From an uncultured bacterium (GTDB lineage: Bacteria > Gemmatimonadota > Gemmatimonadetes > Longimicrobiales > Gaopeijiaceae), in NCBI GenBank assembly GCA_965365235.1, contig CBDUAX010000001.1, positions 1 through 50,042 of the forward strand: a stretch of DNA of 50,042 nucleotides. Direction: 5' to 3'. Numbering within the stretch: position 1 is the first letter of the stretch; every line of letters starts with the position of its first letter. Positions 1-10,297 of the stretch are shown one piece after another. The notes below the pieces were generated by a model that had not been told where the DNA came from, did not search any database, and saw nothing but the letters and a program-made list of their open reading frames with translations. The position numbers were made by a program, and so were the translations under genes.

Positions 1-481
<481 letters not shown>

Positions 482-952
482 CTACCCGCGTGCTCACGAC
501 ATGACCCAACCGGCGCATAGGGCGCGGTAGACGGTATCAATCGATACGGTCACCATGTGCCCACTGACCTGCCAGTGCACGGCCTTGACGTTGGGAAGGT
601 AGGAATCTTCTCCGAAGAGAGACCGCCGTCAACTTTCGAGCACAACGGCGTCTGGTGGATTGGATCCCGGACGCCGGGGGCGGTGTAGCTGGGGCCCGAT
701 ATTCCCCCGCTGAGGCAACTCGTCCGGGAGTTTGCACGGACCCAGTGGGCTGGGTGGGCGGGGCGCTTTCTCCCACTAGGAACAGAGGCACCCCCTTCAT
801 CCCTCTCCACGACCCCACTCTTCCCGCGGGTGGCCTGAGAGCTCACGAGGGCCTTGAGACACCTTTCCCTGATCCGCCCCCCGTTCCTATCTCCAAGGCC
901 ATGACGCCGACAACGGTGCCGACGAAGGCATGGGAAAACTGAATCGCCCTGC

Positions 953-1416
953 ATGACCATCCCACTCCTGGAGGACGTCGTCATCATCCTGGGGTTGGCC
1001 CTGGGTGGAGGCCTCCAAGTCGTCCTCACGGGTGTTGCAGCTTGGGCCCAGGCCCGGATCCTGGTTCGGGTGCTCCGCCAGTACCTGATTCCCCAGGTCG
1101 AAATTGAAGAGGTCGTGGGTGACGTTCAGTCGAGGGGATACGAACTGTTTCGGGAGATGGCCATGGATCGGGGTGTGGATCCCGGTGAGTTACACCAGCA
1201 CATTCCCGACCCGAAGGTTGCCACCGTCAAGGTGTGCGAAGAGTCGTATCTAGTGGGCCGAACCTTTCAGGAAGTGGCCCTTCGAGAGGCCTTTCCAACC
1301 CCGGATCCGACCTCCGCTTCGAACCCGGAGGCCAGCTCATGGTATTCGGAAGCCTGCGGGGGGTGGCCGATGCGGCGGCTCTGGCCCGAGGCACCGAACC
1401 CTGGAAGGGTCCCTGA
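953..1416 (+). pseudogene. possible degraded TrkA-C (RCK C-terminal) domain remnant, split over two frames
   Basis: ORF 953..1462 contains KVATVKVCEESYLVGRTFQEVALRE, which looks like the start of a TrkA-C domain. The expected continuation (LSNPGSDLRFEPGGQLMVFGSLRGV) lies in another frame (ORF 1234..1416). The middle of the domain appears to be missing, and no transporter body lies upstream. Confidence 0.3.
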
Positions 1417-1534
1417 GCCGGGGTGGCCCGAGACGCCGGCCACGCCCCATCCAGCCCGTTGATCGGAACTTCATCTTCCTGTAGCCTCCGGGATATGGTG
1501 GAAGACCCTCTCCGAAACCTGAGACCTGACCTCA

Positions 1535-2875
1535 ATGAACACGCTCGGCGCAATACTCCTGGAGGTGACGGTCCTCCTCGCACTTATCCTGGCCAACGGG
1601 CTCCTTGCCGGCGCCGAAATCGCCGTCGTGGCATCCCGGAAAGCCCGCCTCAACCAAAGGGCCAGGGAGGGCGATAAGGCCTCTGCCAGGGCCCTCGACC
1701 TCGCGAACTCCCCGAACCGGTTCCTTTCCACGGTCCAGATCGGAATCACTACCATCGCTGTCGTGGCCGGTGCCTTCGGCGGGACGCGCTTGGCCCGGAC
1801 CCTTGCTCCTCTTCTCGAGTCCCTTGGGCTTCCCGATGCTGTGTCGGGCAAATTCACTGTCATCATCGTCGTCCTGGCCGTCACTTTCGTGACCCTGGTC
1901 CTGGGAGAGTTGGTGCCCAAGCGCATCGCCCTTCAAGACCCCGATCGAATGGCAGCCCGCGCGGCCGGCCCAATGATGCGCCTTTCGGTTCTGGCTGCCC
2001 CCCTGGTACAGGTGCTCGGCTACTCCACCGACCTGGTTCTCCGCCTTCTGTCGATCAGAGCGTCGGCTGAGCCGGAGGTCACGGAGGAGGAGATTCGTGG
2101 AATGATCGCCCATGCCACCGAAGCCGGCGTCTTGGAGGCCACCGAACAGCAGATCGTGGAGCGCCTCTTTCGATTGAGTGATATGACCATCGGGATGGTC
2201 ATGACCCCCCGAGACCGGATCGTGTGGTTGGATCCTGCCACTGGACCCGAAGGGTGGCTGAGCCGCCTGGGTGAAGTGCGATACACCCGGTACCCTGTAG
2301 CCGAAGGTGCTCTCGAGCGGACGGTGGGGTATGTCAAGGTCCAGGATCTGCTTGGGTTGGTGTTGGGACCGGAGCCCCGATCGCTGGAATCGGTCCTTCG
2401 GAAACCCCACCGGCTCCCGAGCCGGACTCCGGTATTCCAGCTGCTCGAGCTATTTCAGTGGTCCCACATCCACATGGCGCTGGTCACCGACGATGATGAT
2501 GAGGTCCTGGGAATCGTCACGCTATACGATGTTCTGGAGGGGATCGTTGGTCAGCTGCCTGAGACTCGGGAGGCTGTGGTACCCGGAATGGTGCGCCGAA
2601 CGGATGGTTCTTGGCTGGTGGATGGGCTCCTCCCCTTCCATGAATTCCTGGATGCTTTCGAGTTGGATGAGGATGAGGAGGATCCCAGGAAATACCCGAA
2701 CCTTCACGCGTTCGTCACGGAGGCATTCAACGGAAAGCCGGAGTTGGCCTCGGTGTTTCGATGGCACAACCTGCACCTGGAAGTCATGGACATGGATGGA
2801 AGCCGCGTGGATAAGGTCCTGGTTCGGCGGGATGTGGAAGAACCGAATCCGAACCTCTCCAGAACCCCCGGGTAG
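1535..2875 (+). CDS. CNNM/DUF21-CBS-CorC_HlyC family protein (hemolysin/TlyC/CorB-type putative divalent-cation efflux)
   Basis: 446-aa ORF with an N-terminal multi-TM DUF21 region (LLAGAEIAVVASRKARL), a CBS pair in the middle and a C-terminal CorC/HlyC-type domain. Confidence 0.9.
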   Translation: MNTLGAILLEVTVLLALILANGLLAGAEIAVVASRKARLNQRAREGDKASARALDLANSPNRFLSTVQIGITTIAVVAGAFGGTRLARTLAPLLESLGLPDAVSGKFTVIIVVLAVTFVTLVLGELVPKRIALQDPDRMAARAAGPMMRLSVLAAPLVQVLGYSTDLVLRLLSIRASAEPEVTEEEIRGMIAHATEAGVLEATEQQIVERLFRLSDMTIGMVMTPRDRIVWLDPATGPEGWLSRLGEVRYTRYPVAEGALERTVGYVKVQDLLGLVLGPEPRSLESVLRKPHRLPSRTPVFQLLELFQWSHIHMALVTDDDDEVLGIVTLYDVLEGIVGQLPETREAVVPGMVRRTDGSWLVDGLLPFHEFLDAFELDEDEEDPRKYPNLHAFVTEAFNGKPELASVFRWHNLHLEVMDMDGSRVDKVLVRRDVEEPNPNLSRTPG

Positions 2876-2884
2876 GGGTTCAAC

Positions 2885-3745
2885 ATGGTTCTTTCCAAGG
2901 CAACCAGTGCCCCAGGGCGAGTGGTTTCGGAGATTCCATTGACGGGGCGGGACGTCTCGGCCCAAGGTCCTTCCGGGTCGCTTTCACTTGTCCCCCCCTC
3001 CGAGCCGGATTCAGACGCGACCTCATTGCTCTGCTGGGTCCACCCGGAGTGGAGACAGAGGTTCCCCTGGCTTGCACAGGGAATCACGGGTAGAGGACCG
3101 GAGGGAAACTCAGGAGACTTCCGGCTCTTCGAGTCGGAGGGAAGAACAGAGGCCGAGGCCAACTGGCGCGAGTTGGTTCGACTATCGGGGTTTCCTGGGG
3201 TTCTGCACGCCTGCCAGGTCCATGGGAATGAGATTCTCGTCCACGACCGGAGTGTTTCCGGCCTGGTGGTAGAAAGTGATGCAGACGGGCACCTGTCCGA
3301 AAGAGCTGGGGTCCTCATGTGCGTGACCGTGGCGGACTGTGTGCCGGTTTCGCTCGTGGATCCCCACCGGCGATGTGTGGCGATTCTCCATGCGGGATGG
3401 AGGAGTGCCGCCATGGGGATTTTGAGGGGTGGAGTCCGTCTAATGGTAGACAGACTCGAGACTTCCCCCGAGAATCTCCTGGTACACCTTGGTCCGTCGA
3501 TTTGCGAGAGGTGTTATGAGGTCGGCCCCGAGGTTCATACGGCCCTTGGCCTCCCTGAACCGGAAAGCCCCACACCGGTGGACCTTAGAGGAGTCTTGGC
3601 AGACCAGGCCCTGAACCTGGGTGTGCTTCCGGCCCATGTCACCCGGTCTTCCTTCTGTACTCGATGTTCCGGCTCTCCGTTCTTCTCCCACCGCGGGGGG
3701 GAAACGAGGAGGCAGGTGGCCTTTCTTGGAATCAGACCGACATAA
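2885..3745 (+). CDS. pgeF: YfiH/PgeF (DUF152) purine nucleoside phosphorylase / peptidoglycan editing factor family
   Basis: Motifs QVHGNEILV, ADGHL, TVADCVPV, ILHAGWRS, LGPSICERCYEV and FFSHRG. The true start may be internal. Confidence 0.85.
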   Translation: MVLSKATSAPGRVVSEIPLTGRDVSAQGPSGSLSLVPPSEPDSDATSLLCWVHPEWRQRFPWLAQGITGRGPEGNSGDFRLFESEGRTEAEANWRELVRLSGFPGVLHACQVHGNEILVHDRSVSGLVVESDADGHLSERAGVLMCVTVADCVPVSLVDPHRRCVAILHAGWRSAAMGILRGGVRLMVDRLETSPENLLVHLGPSICERCYEVGPEVHTALGLPEPESPTPVDLRGVLADQALNLGVLPAHVTRSSFCTRCSGSPFFSHRGGETRRQVAFLGIRPT

Positions 3746-3763
3746 AGGAGAGTGGCGTTCCGC

Positions 3764-4669
3764 TTAAACATCCCGGTTCAGGAAAGATCCGAGGATCGCC
3801 AGGGACTCTTCAGGGCACTCCTCCTGAGGCATGTGACCGCACCCTTCCAGGATTTCCAGGCGCGCATCAGGAAGATCCTCCAATAACCGCTTTCCCACCC
3901 AAAGCGGCACGACCCCGTCCTCCCGTCCCCAGATCAGAAGAGCCGGCATGTCCAGGTCCCGATACCGCTCCGCCAGGGCCTCGGCGCTGGGCGGCCGGAG
4001 CTGCGAGGCCGAAGTGGAGAGGGCGACCCGGGCGTCAGCCGACAGGAGGGGAGCCGAATATGCCTCGACGAAGGACTCCGGAACCGGATGGGCGGAATGG
4101 TAAGCCAGGCGAAGAGCGGTGCGGATGACTCGTCTTTTTGGTAGAAGGCGCAGAGCGAGAGGGCCGAGGAGTGGGCGCCCCAAGAACTGCAGAGCCCTGG
4201 GCATGGGTTGTGGGTAGGCGATTCCCGCAATGATCACGAGGCTGCAGATTCGATGGACGTCCTCAGCTCTCTCCCTGAGAGCCGTCAGCAACGCCACCCC
4301 TCCCCCGAAGGAATGCCCGACTAAGGTGATCTGGTCGAGGTCCCTTCGCTGGATCCACCTGAACAGCAGATCTGCCTGGTCCTCGGGACCATACCGGGAA
4401 TCTCTAGGCTTTGGAGCTGCTCCGAACCCCTTCAACTCCACCAGGTGTACCCGGTGATCCGTGGCGAGCCCAGGTACCCACCGACTCCAGGTGTACGCGT
4501 TGGTCCCAAAGCCATGAACCAGAACAATGGTCCTCTCCCCTTCCCCCAGGGCCTCGGTGTGGAGAGGGAGTGGGGTATCGGCTTTCAGGGGGATACGACG
4601 ATCCGCCTCTCGAAAACCTTCTCGAAGAGTGTCTTTTTCTGAGTCAGGGCCCATCGTTCGAGCAGACAA
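3764..4669 (-). CDS. alpha/beta-fold hydrolase
   Basis: IVLVHGFGTNAYTW oxyanion region, GHSFGG nucleophile elbow and a C-terminal GCGHMPQEE His motif. The annotated ATG (or ATG 4654) overlaps the end of ppx by 70-85 nt. No canonical start lies downstream of the ppx stop. Confidence 0.85.
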   Translation of the reverse strand: MSARTMGPDSEKDTLREGFREADRRIPLKADTPLPLHTEALGEGERTIVLVHGFGTNAYTWSRWVPGLATDHRVHLVELKGFGAAPKPRDSRYGPEDQADLLFRWIQRRDLDQITLVGHSFGGGVALLTALRERAEDVHRICSLVIIAGIAYPQPMPRALQFLGRPLLGPLALRLLPKRRVIRTALRLAYHSAHPVPESFVEAYSAPLLSADARVALSTSASQLRPPSAEALAERYRDLDMPALLIWGREDGVVPLWVGKRLLEDLPDARLEILEGCGHMPQEECPEESLAILGSFLNRDV

Positions 4670-6186
4670 TCTCCCTTGCAGTCCAGTGCCAGCTCCACCT
4701 CCTCAGACCCCGGTTTCGCCTTGACCGTTCCTACGTTTTGCAGGTGGCTTCGGTCTAAAGCGTCGGCGACCCGGAGAATTGCTGCGAGGCGGGTGGTCCT
4801 CTTTTGATTGACCTCTGAGAGTCTCACGAACTCAGGGTGGGTCGGGCGCGGAATGTTCTTCCGGTGGTACCGGGCGATGTTGGCCACCAAAAGCATCTCG
4901 GTAGGAGAAAGCCCCGGGAGCTCGGACCGGGAAAGCAGGTAGAGGGAGTGTTTGTGATGAGCTTTCTTGGAGATGAAGCCGCCCACGTCATGAAGGATGG
5001 CGGCGGCCAGGAGCAGGGGCCGGTTCGAGGCGTCCAGCTGGTGGAGGTCGGCAAGTTGTTCAAAGAGGGAAAGGGCCAGCTGTCCTACATGAAGGCCATG
5101 GGCTTCATCGAACATGAACCTCCTACCCAGCGAGATGGAGGCCTTGGTAAGCTGTTGCTCCTGCCGAAGTTCGTGACTGGCGTGAGAGACCAGATCTTCG
5201 GCCAGATCAAGAACCAACCCCTCTTTGACGCCGACATCGGGAACCAGAATCCTGTCCACCCCCGCCATCTGCGCGAGGTGGAAGTACACCATGGCGGCAG
5301 GGAGGATGACATCGGCTCGGTCCTCCCTCAGTCCGAGCTTACTGATCCGCTCAGGGTAGGGCAGGCTCCCAAGGAGATCCATGGCGCTGGTTAGGTCCTC
5401 CAGCATCAGGGTGGCGACACCCTTCTCGTCTCGAGCAGAGGATGTGAGTTTCGCCAGGGCCTCGGCATTCCCCCCCGTCGCGACAAATCCGGAAGGGGAC
5501 CAATACTGAGCGGGAGCGGGGATTCTCAGGGTGGAGACATAGTCCCTCAACAGCTTCCTGAAACCTCCAGGTTCGGGCTCGGCCTGGGTCAGGCGCTCAA
5601 GGAGCCGGACCGATCCCATGGTGTGAGACTCGCTCCAGATCATCCCCATATCGTCCACCAGGGAGATCTCAACGCTCCCGCCGCCCAGATCGGTGAGAAT
5701 CCACTGCCCTCCGGCCAAGTCGATTCGGTTCGCCACCGCCAGGTGAACCAGTCGAGCTTCCTCCGAACCCGAAATCATCTCGAGATGGATGTTGGCTTCC
5801 TCCAGGATGCGCCCGACAAACTCGAACCCGTTCCTGGCTTCCCGGACGGCACTGGTGGCCACCGCCCGGAAGGTCCCGAGTCGGAGGTTGTCGATCTGTT
5901 TCCGGAAGGACCGGAAGGCCTCGACGGCTCCATCCATGGTGGAATCAGCCAGCTGTCCGGTAAGAAAAACCTGGTGTCCCAGGCGGACCGGGACTCGCTG
6001 GTATGCCAGCGTCTCGAACTCGGTTGGGCCGAAAAATTCTGTGGCGAGAAAACGGATGGCGTTGGATCCGGTGTCGACACACCCTACGCGGAAAGGGAAT
6101 TTCTGGGATGGGGCCCCCGATCCCTTCTTTCCTTGTCCTTTTCTTCTTCCCCTTGCCCCTTCGATTCTTGGCCATCGCCGATTCAC
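4585..6186 (-). CDS. ppx: Ppx/GppA-family exopolyphosphatase / pppGpp phosphohydrolase with C-terminal HD domain
   Basis: VDTGSNAIRFL and DLGGGSVE (ASKHA-fold phosphate loops), and an AAILHDVG HD region. The start overlaps the stop of the upstream ORF by 4 nt. Confidence 0.9.
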   Translation of the reverse strand: MNRRWPRIEGARGRRKGQGKKGSGAPSQKFPFRVGCVDTGSNAIRFLATEFFGPTEFETLAYQRVPVRLGHQVFLTGQLADSTMDGAVEAFRSFRKQIDNLRLGTFRAVATSAVREARNGFEFVGRILEEANIHLEMISGSEEARLVHLAVANRIDLAGGQWILTDLGGGSVEISLVDDMGMIWSESHTMGSVRLLERLTQAEPEPGGFRKLLRDYVSTLRIPAPAQYWSPSGFVATGGNAEALAKLTSSARDEKGVATLMLEDLTSAMDLLGSLPYPERISKLGLREDRADVILPAAMVYFHLAQMAGVDRILVPDVGVKEGLVLDLAEDLVSHASHELRQEQQLTKASISLGRRFMFDEAHGLHVGQLALSLFEQLADLHQLDASNRPLLLAAAILHDVGGFISKKAHHKHSLYLLSRSELPGLSPTEMLLVANIARYHRKNIPRPTHPEFVRLSEVNQKRTTRLAAILRVADALDRSHLQNVGTVKAKPGSEEVELALDCKGDCLLERWALTQKKTLFEKVFERRIVVSP

Positions 6187-6767
6187 CGCCCGCCGATTCG
6201 CAACAGGAGCGTTCCCGTGAAGGTCCTCATGTCACTGGCGGTGACGGTGGGTAGGTCCTCCACTCCGGAAATGAAACGGTATCCCGCGGCGGCCTCCAAA
6301 GAGATTCCCCTATAGGCCTTGTAGGAGATGGAGGCTTCGGGCTCCACAACAAGGAAATTGTCCGCTCCCAGTTCGGTCCCGATCAGGCGGTCCCGGACCT
6401 CGGCGTGACCGGCACCCAGCATCAGGCCGGCTCCTCCGACCAGATTGTTGGGAAGGTCCCGCCAGTACTTGAGGAGCACACCGCCATACCCCATCCCGAG
6501 ATCGAACCCGGTACTGAGCCCCGATCCCGGGAGATCAACGTCCTCGGGAAGTTCTATACCTCCCAGAGCCACAAGGAAGCGGTCCCCGAATACCAACCCG
6601 CCCCACCCACCAAACATGACCCGGGACGAGCCTGCCACGCTCCCGACCTTCAGGAGAGCTGCCGCCGCCCCCCCAGCTCTGGCGACTGGAGAAACCCCCT
6701 GGTCCACCTGGGCCCAGAGGGCCCCAGGTGAGATCAGGAGAAAGCAAGAGAGAAGTAGGGTTCGCAT
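6183..6767 (-). CDS. secreted Gly/aromatic-rich protein, probably a small outer-membrane beta-barrel (family not recognised)
   Basis: Signal peptide MRTLLLSCFLLISPGALWAQ and an alternating beta-strand-like composition. It sits 3 nt after the M28 peptidase stop and is coupled by 4 nt to ppx. Confidence 0.6.
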   Translation of the reverse strand: MRTLLLSCFLLISPGALWAQVDQGVSPVARAGGAAAALLKVGSVAGSSRVMFGGWGGLVFGDRFLVALGGIELPEDVDLPGSGLSTGFDLGMGYGGVLLKYWRDLPNNLVGGAGLMLGAGHAEVRDRLIGTELGADNFLVVEPEASISYKAYRGISLEAAAGYRFISGVEDLPTVTASDMRTFTGTLLLRIGGR

Positions 6768-6770
6768 ACC

Positions 6771-8351
6771 CTATCGGTTGAAGTAGCCGTCAGCGTTGCG
6801 GGCGGCCATCCGGCACTGAGGCCAGGTCATGGGTTGCCCGGTCCGGGGATTGGTACCGGTCATCATTCTCTTATCTCTCGGCAGCCTGTCGGGTTCCTCC
6901 GATGCCATATAGGTCAGCATGGCCGTCAGGACGGCGTTATTCGTAACGTCGTCGATGATGATCTTGTCGAAGGTGTCCGTGGGGTTGTGATAGGTCTGCC
7001 GGTAGGACCAACTCAGGGAGCTCAGGCTGAACGCCGGAACTCCCGCGCAAACGAAGCTGGCATAGTCCGAACCTCCGGAGCCCGGGTTCCCCGGAATATC
7101 CAGATCAATATGTCGGGAGATCTCGGAGGGCAGCTTCGTCATCCACTCGCCGAAGTATGAGGCGAGGCCTGTGAATCCCTGCATCGACACATTCACGACT
7201 CGGCCGGTGCCGTTGTCCTGGTTGAACACGGCCTGAAGGTTCTCGACGATCTCTGGGTGGTCCGATACGAACGCCCGAGAGCCGTTCAACCCCTGCTCCT
7301 CCCCATTCCAGAGAGCCACCATGATGGACCTCTTGGGGTTGGGGTAGACCTTCTTCAAGATCCGGAGGGCCTCCATCATCGTCACCGAGCCGGTGACATT
7401 GTCGGTGGAACCGGATCCACCGTCCCAGGAATCCAGGTGTGCCGAAAGGATAATGTACTCTTCCGGCTTCTCCGTGCCGCGAATCTCACCGATGACATTG
7501 TAGGTCGGATTCGTGCCGTGGTCCGTCACTTCGGCATTCAGGCGGACCACCGGGCCTTGTCCCTCATCGGCCAACCGGTACATGAGCCCGTAGTCCTCAC
7601 ACCCAAAGGCCACGTCCGGAATGTTATTGTTCCGGGAGGCCGAGACCCTGGAAGCTCCCCAGTTTCCGGTCCAGCTGGAGCTGAAGGTAGCCAGAGCCCC
7701 CTCTTGCTCGAGGCGCTGGACCAGCTCCGACTGACTCATCCCCCCTCCACCGCCCATCATACGTTGCCGCATGGCCATCTGGGCTTCCGCTTGAGCCGCC
7801 TGCACCTTTTCGAGAGTCTCCGGGGTCGCCCATTCCTCCCAGTTTTCTGTGGGACGGCAGCTGGTTTCGGCGGGGTTCATGAGTACGAACTTGCCCTGGA
7901 CCGCCCCAAAGAAGGCTTCAAGGGCGTTGGTGTTGGATCGATCGGGGAGAATCACAACCTGGCCGGTCACAGGCCCGTCGGTTCCTGGGCTCCATGCTTG
8001 CATCATTCCGTCCAAAGCCCGGACACGGGGCTCCATGAGATCGGCGTGGGTAATGCCCCTCTCCCAGGCCCTCCATGTGCCGTACTCTTCGGTCCGGCCG
8101 GGGATGCCCCAACCTTCGTAGGTTTTGAGGATCCAGCGGGCAGCTGCATCGAAGCCCGGGCTACCAGGTAAACGGGGTCCGATGGAGTCGGACAACACCT
8201 GGGCGAGGGAGTAGATCTGAGAATTCTCAATGCCTTCAGCCCAGATTGCCTCGAGAATTGGATCATCAACGGGGAACTGCTGTGCCCCAAGGGTTTGGGG
8301 AAGAAGGGCGACGACAAATGCCCAGATCAGGTGAAAACGCACCTTTTTCAT
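6771..8351 (-). CDS. M28-family aminopeptidase with PA domain
   Basis: Zn-ligand regions SAHLDSWDGGSGSTDN and WNGEEQGLNGSRAF. ATG 8351 is preceded by GGAGG-aatgg and gives the signal peptide MKKVRFHLIWAFVVALLPQTLGAQQ. The ORF-track start at 8384 is a GTG. Confidence 0.9.
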   Translation of the reverse strand: MKKVRFHLIWAFVVALLPQTLGAQQFPVDDPILEAIWAEGIENSQIYSLAQVLSDSIGPRLPGSPGFDAAARWILKTYEGWGIPGRTEEYGTWRAWERGITHADLMEPRVRALDGMMQAWSPGTDGPVTGQVVILPDRSNTNALEAFFGAVQGKFVLMNPAETSCRPTENWEEWATPETLEKVQAAQAEAQMAMRQRMMGGGGGMSQSELVQRLEQEGALATFSSSWTGNWGASRVSASRNNNIPDVAFGCEDYGLMYRLADEGQGPVVRLNAEVTDHGTNPTYNVIGEIRGTEKPEEYIILSAHLDSWDGGSGSTDNVTGSVTMMEALRILKKVYPNPKRSIMVALWNGEEQGLNGSRAFVSDHPEIVENLQAVFNQDNGTGRVVNVSMQGFTGLASYFGEWMTKLPSEISRHIDLDIPGNPGSGGSDYASFVCAGVPAFSLSSLSWSYRQTYHNPTDTFDKIIIDDVTNNAVLTAMLTYMASEEPDRLPRDKRMMTGTNPRTGQPMTWPQCRMAARNADGYFNR

Positions 8352-8397
8352 CCATTCCTCCGGTCTTGGACCGTTCTCGTTCACTTGCGCAAAAAGT

Positions 8398-8432
8398 CAG
8401 GCTGCTCAAACTAAGGCAGCCTGAACGTTTTT
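8398..8432. other. terminator-like hairpin in a divergent intergenic region
   Basis: CAGGCTGC (8398-8405) pairs perfectly with GCAGCCTG (8416-8423) around a 10-nt loop. It is flanked by AAAAAGT on the left and AACGTTTTT on the right. It lies between the divergently oriented peptidase and pilin genes, so its role is unclear. Confidence 0.3.
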
Positions 8433-8604
8433 GCATCGGGAGGTGGTTCCCGCCTGGAGCCGTGACGGCCGATCTCTCATTGAGTCCCGGGGTACAAGTG
8501 CCGAAATTGTGGAAGGCCGGCGAGAGACCCCCTCTCCTTTGGCCGGAGAAGCCCGGACCCGTACCCCCGAGAACGACTCTCGGGGGCGCAAGCGGAGGGA
8601 GAGG

Positions 8605-9069
8605 GTGAGAGGAACCAAAGGGTTCACCCTGATTGAACTGCTGATGGTCATCATCGTCTTGGCCGTCACCCTAACCCTGGTGGGCTTCACCTTCAACCGG
8701 TACCTGGAGCGGACCTCGGCGAAGCGGGCCGCCGAGCTTTTCGGTCAGGACCTCAAAGCGGCTCGAAACACGGCCCTTCGGTCCAAGCAGCGAGTGGTGG
8801 TGGATTTCGATGAAACGAGACTGGGGTACGTAGTCCGCGTAGCGGCGGGTGATACCCTTCTCAGGCGGTCTTTCGATCCTGAAGCGACTCTTTCCCTCTC
8901 GGCTGTGGATCTCCAGCTGAGTGGAGACACGGTGGCTTTCGATCGCAGGGGTGTTGCAGATTTGAGAGGTGGGGTCGGGACGTTGGGTCGGGCAATCTTC
9001 TCGGCAGGCACGGTCTCCTATGCAGTTTCCTTCAACAGCATGGGCTCGTCCCGGGTGGACGGGACATGA
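8605..9069 (+). CDS. minor (pseudo)pilin, GspH/FimT-like
   Basis: In-frame GTG 8605 is preceded by GGAGGGAGAGG. Prepilin-type cleavage/methylation motif KG|FTLIELLMVIIVLAV, followed by a GspH/FimT-like body (AAELFGQDLKAARNTALRSKQRVVV). Confidence 0.8.
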   Translation: MRGTKGFTLIELLMVIIVLAVTLTLVGFTFNRYLERTSAKRAAELFGQDLKAARNTALRSKQRVVVDFDETRLGYVVRVAAGDTLLRRSFDPEATLSLSAVDLQLSGDTVAFDRRGVADLRGGVGTLGRAIFSAGTVSYAVSFNSMGSSRVDGT

Positions 9070-9449
9070 GGTGGGATCGGAATTCCGAGGGAAGGCGTGG
9101 CTTCACGCTCATCGAGGTCATAGCGGCCCTGGTGATCTTCTCCGCCGGAGTTCTCATGGTTCTCGGCCTCACGGACGTGTTGACCCAACAACTGTCCATG
9201 GCAGGCCTGCGCTCGAAGGTCTCGGTGGCGGTGCAGGAGCGACTGGACAGCCTTCGGCTCGTCCCCTACGACTCGCTGACCGTCGGCACCCTGTCCGACA
9301 CCGTCATGCTCCAAGGGAAGACATTCAACCGGACCGAGCGAATTCTTCAAACAACTCCAATGGTGAGGGAGGCAGAGGTGACGGTGGAGGCCGCGGACGG
9401 ATCGGGCCCGGCCATCACTTCCTCCGCCTTCATCCTCCGAGCCTGGTAA
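9066..9449 (+). CDS. minor (pseudo)pilin, PilV/GspI-like
   Basis: ATGA overlap with the upstream stop. Motif RG|FTLIEVIAALVIFSAG. 127 aa, typical for this class. Confidence 0.8.
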   Translation: MRWDRNSEGRRGFTLIEVIAALVIFSAGVLMVLGLTDVLTQQLSMAGLRSKVSVAVQERLDSLRLVPYDSLTVGTLSDTVMLQGKTFNRTERILQTTPMVREAEVTVEAADGSGPAITSSAFILRAW

Positions 9450-10297
9450 CCGCCCCGAGAGGAGACCGGACCGGCTTCACGCTTGTAGAAGCTCTGGTCG
9501 CCATGCTCCTCTCCACCCTGGTGGTGGGGCTGGTCACGTCGGTCTTCCTGGTTCAAAACCAGTTCTACTCCGACGCGGTGAGGAAGAGCGCGTTGCAGGA
9601 GAGCATTCGAGGGGCTGCGGGGTTGGTATCATCTCGGTTACAGGGAGTCGCTGCAGGAGGAGTGGTCGCCGCCGAAGCGGACTCGGTGACCGTCCGGATC
9701 CCCCTGGTCGTGGGTGGAGTCTGTGGTGTGAGCGGGTCGGAAACCCATCTTTTGTTTCCTTTGAATGGAGAGGGAGTGGATGGGAGAGAAGTGGACGGCT
9801 ATGCCGTACGAGCCGCCGACGGTACATGGACTTTCACCAAGGAAAGTTGGGCCACGATCTTCAATTCCTCCGGAGTTCTCCCTGCCCAGGTATGTGCCCT
9901 CTCCGGCGCCGATACCACGGGGGCTACGGCTGATTTCTTTCGCTTGGACGGCCTGACGGCGACCCCTGCCATTCAGCCGGGCGATCTGGTCATGTTGTAC
10001 CAGGAGCGGACCTTGCGATTGGGCCCCTCAGGGCTGGATGCAGGATCCTCCGCTCTCTTCTTCGGGCCGGCCGGCGGGACCATGATCGAGTTCGCCTCCG
10101 GCCTTACCCCCACCTCCACCTTCCAATATCAATTAGACCATCCGAAACATTGGAGAGGCTTTGTCCGAGGAGGACCGAGAGGGAGGATCGCTGCGGTTCG
10201 ATTCCTAGCCAAGGGGGCTGTGGAATCGGCTCGGGCGGGGCGGGATTCTCTCACCTTTGACCTTTCAATCACGGTGCCGCTGCGAAATGCCAACTGA
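9443..10297 (+). CDS. minor (pseudo)pilin, PilW/GspJ-like (start codon uncertain)
   Basis: Prepilin motif TG|FTLVEALVAMLLSTLVVGLV. The only in-frame start-like codon just upstream of the leader is CTG 9443. The ORF-track ATG 8969 would overlap the whole preceding gene. Confidence 0.65.
   Translation: MVTAPRGDRTGFTLVEALVAMLLSTLVVGLVTSVFLVQNQFYSDAVRKSALQESIRGAAGLVSSRLQGVAAGGVVAAEADSVTVRIPLVVGGVCGVSGSETHLLFPLNGEGVDGREVDGYAVRAADGTWTFTKESWATIFNSSGVLPAQVCALSGADTTGATADFFRLDGLTATPAIQPGDLVMLYQERTLRLGPSGLDAGSSALFFGPAGGTMIEFASGLTPTSTFQYQLDHPKHWRGFVRGGPRGRIAAVRFLAKGAVESARAGRDSLTFDLSITVPLRNAN

Noticed and set aside
530-556. GTATC-aatc-GATAC inverted repeat upstream of katG as an OxyR/PerR-type operator.
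   Set aside because: The arms are only 5 bp and contain an incidental ATCGAT site. The repeat matches no operator consensus I know.
8969-9442. Upstream 158 codons of ORF 8969..10297 as part of the PilW-like gene.
   Set aside because: They would overlap the whole PilV-like gene in another frame and encode Gly/Arg-rich nonsense. The prepilin leader must sit near the N-terminus.
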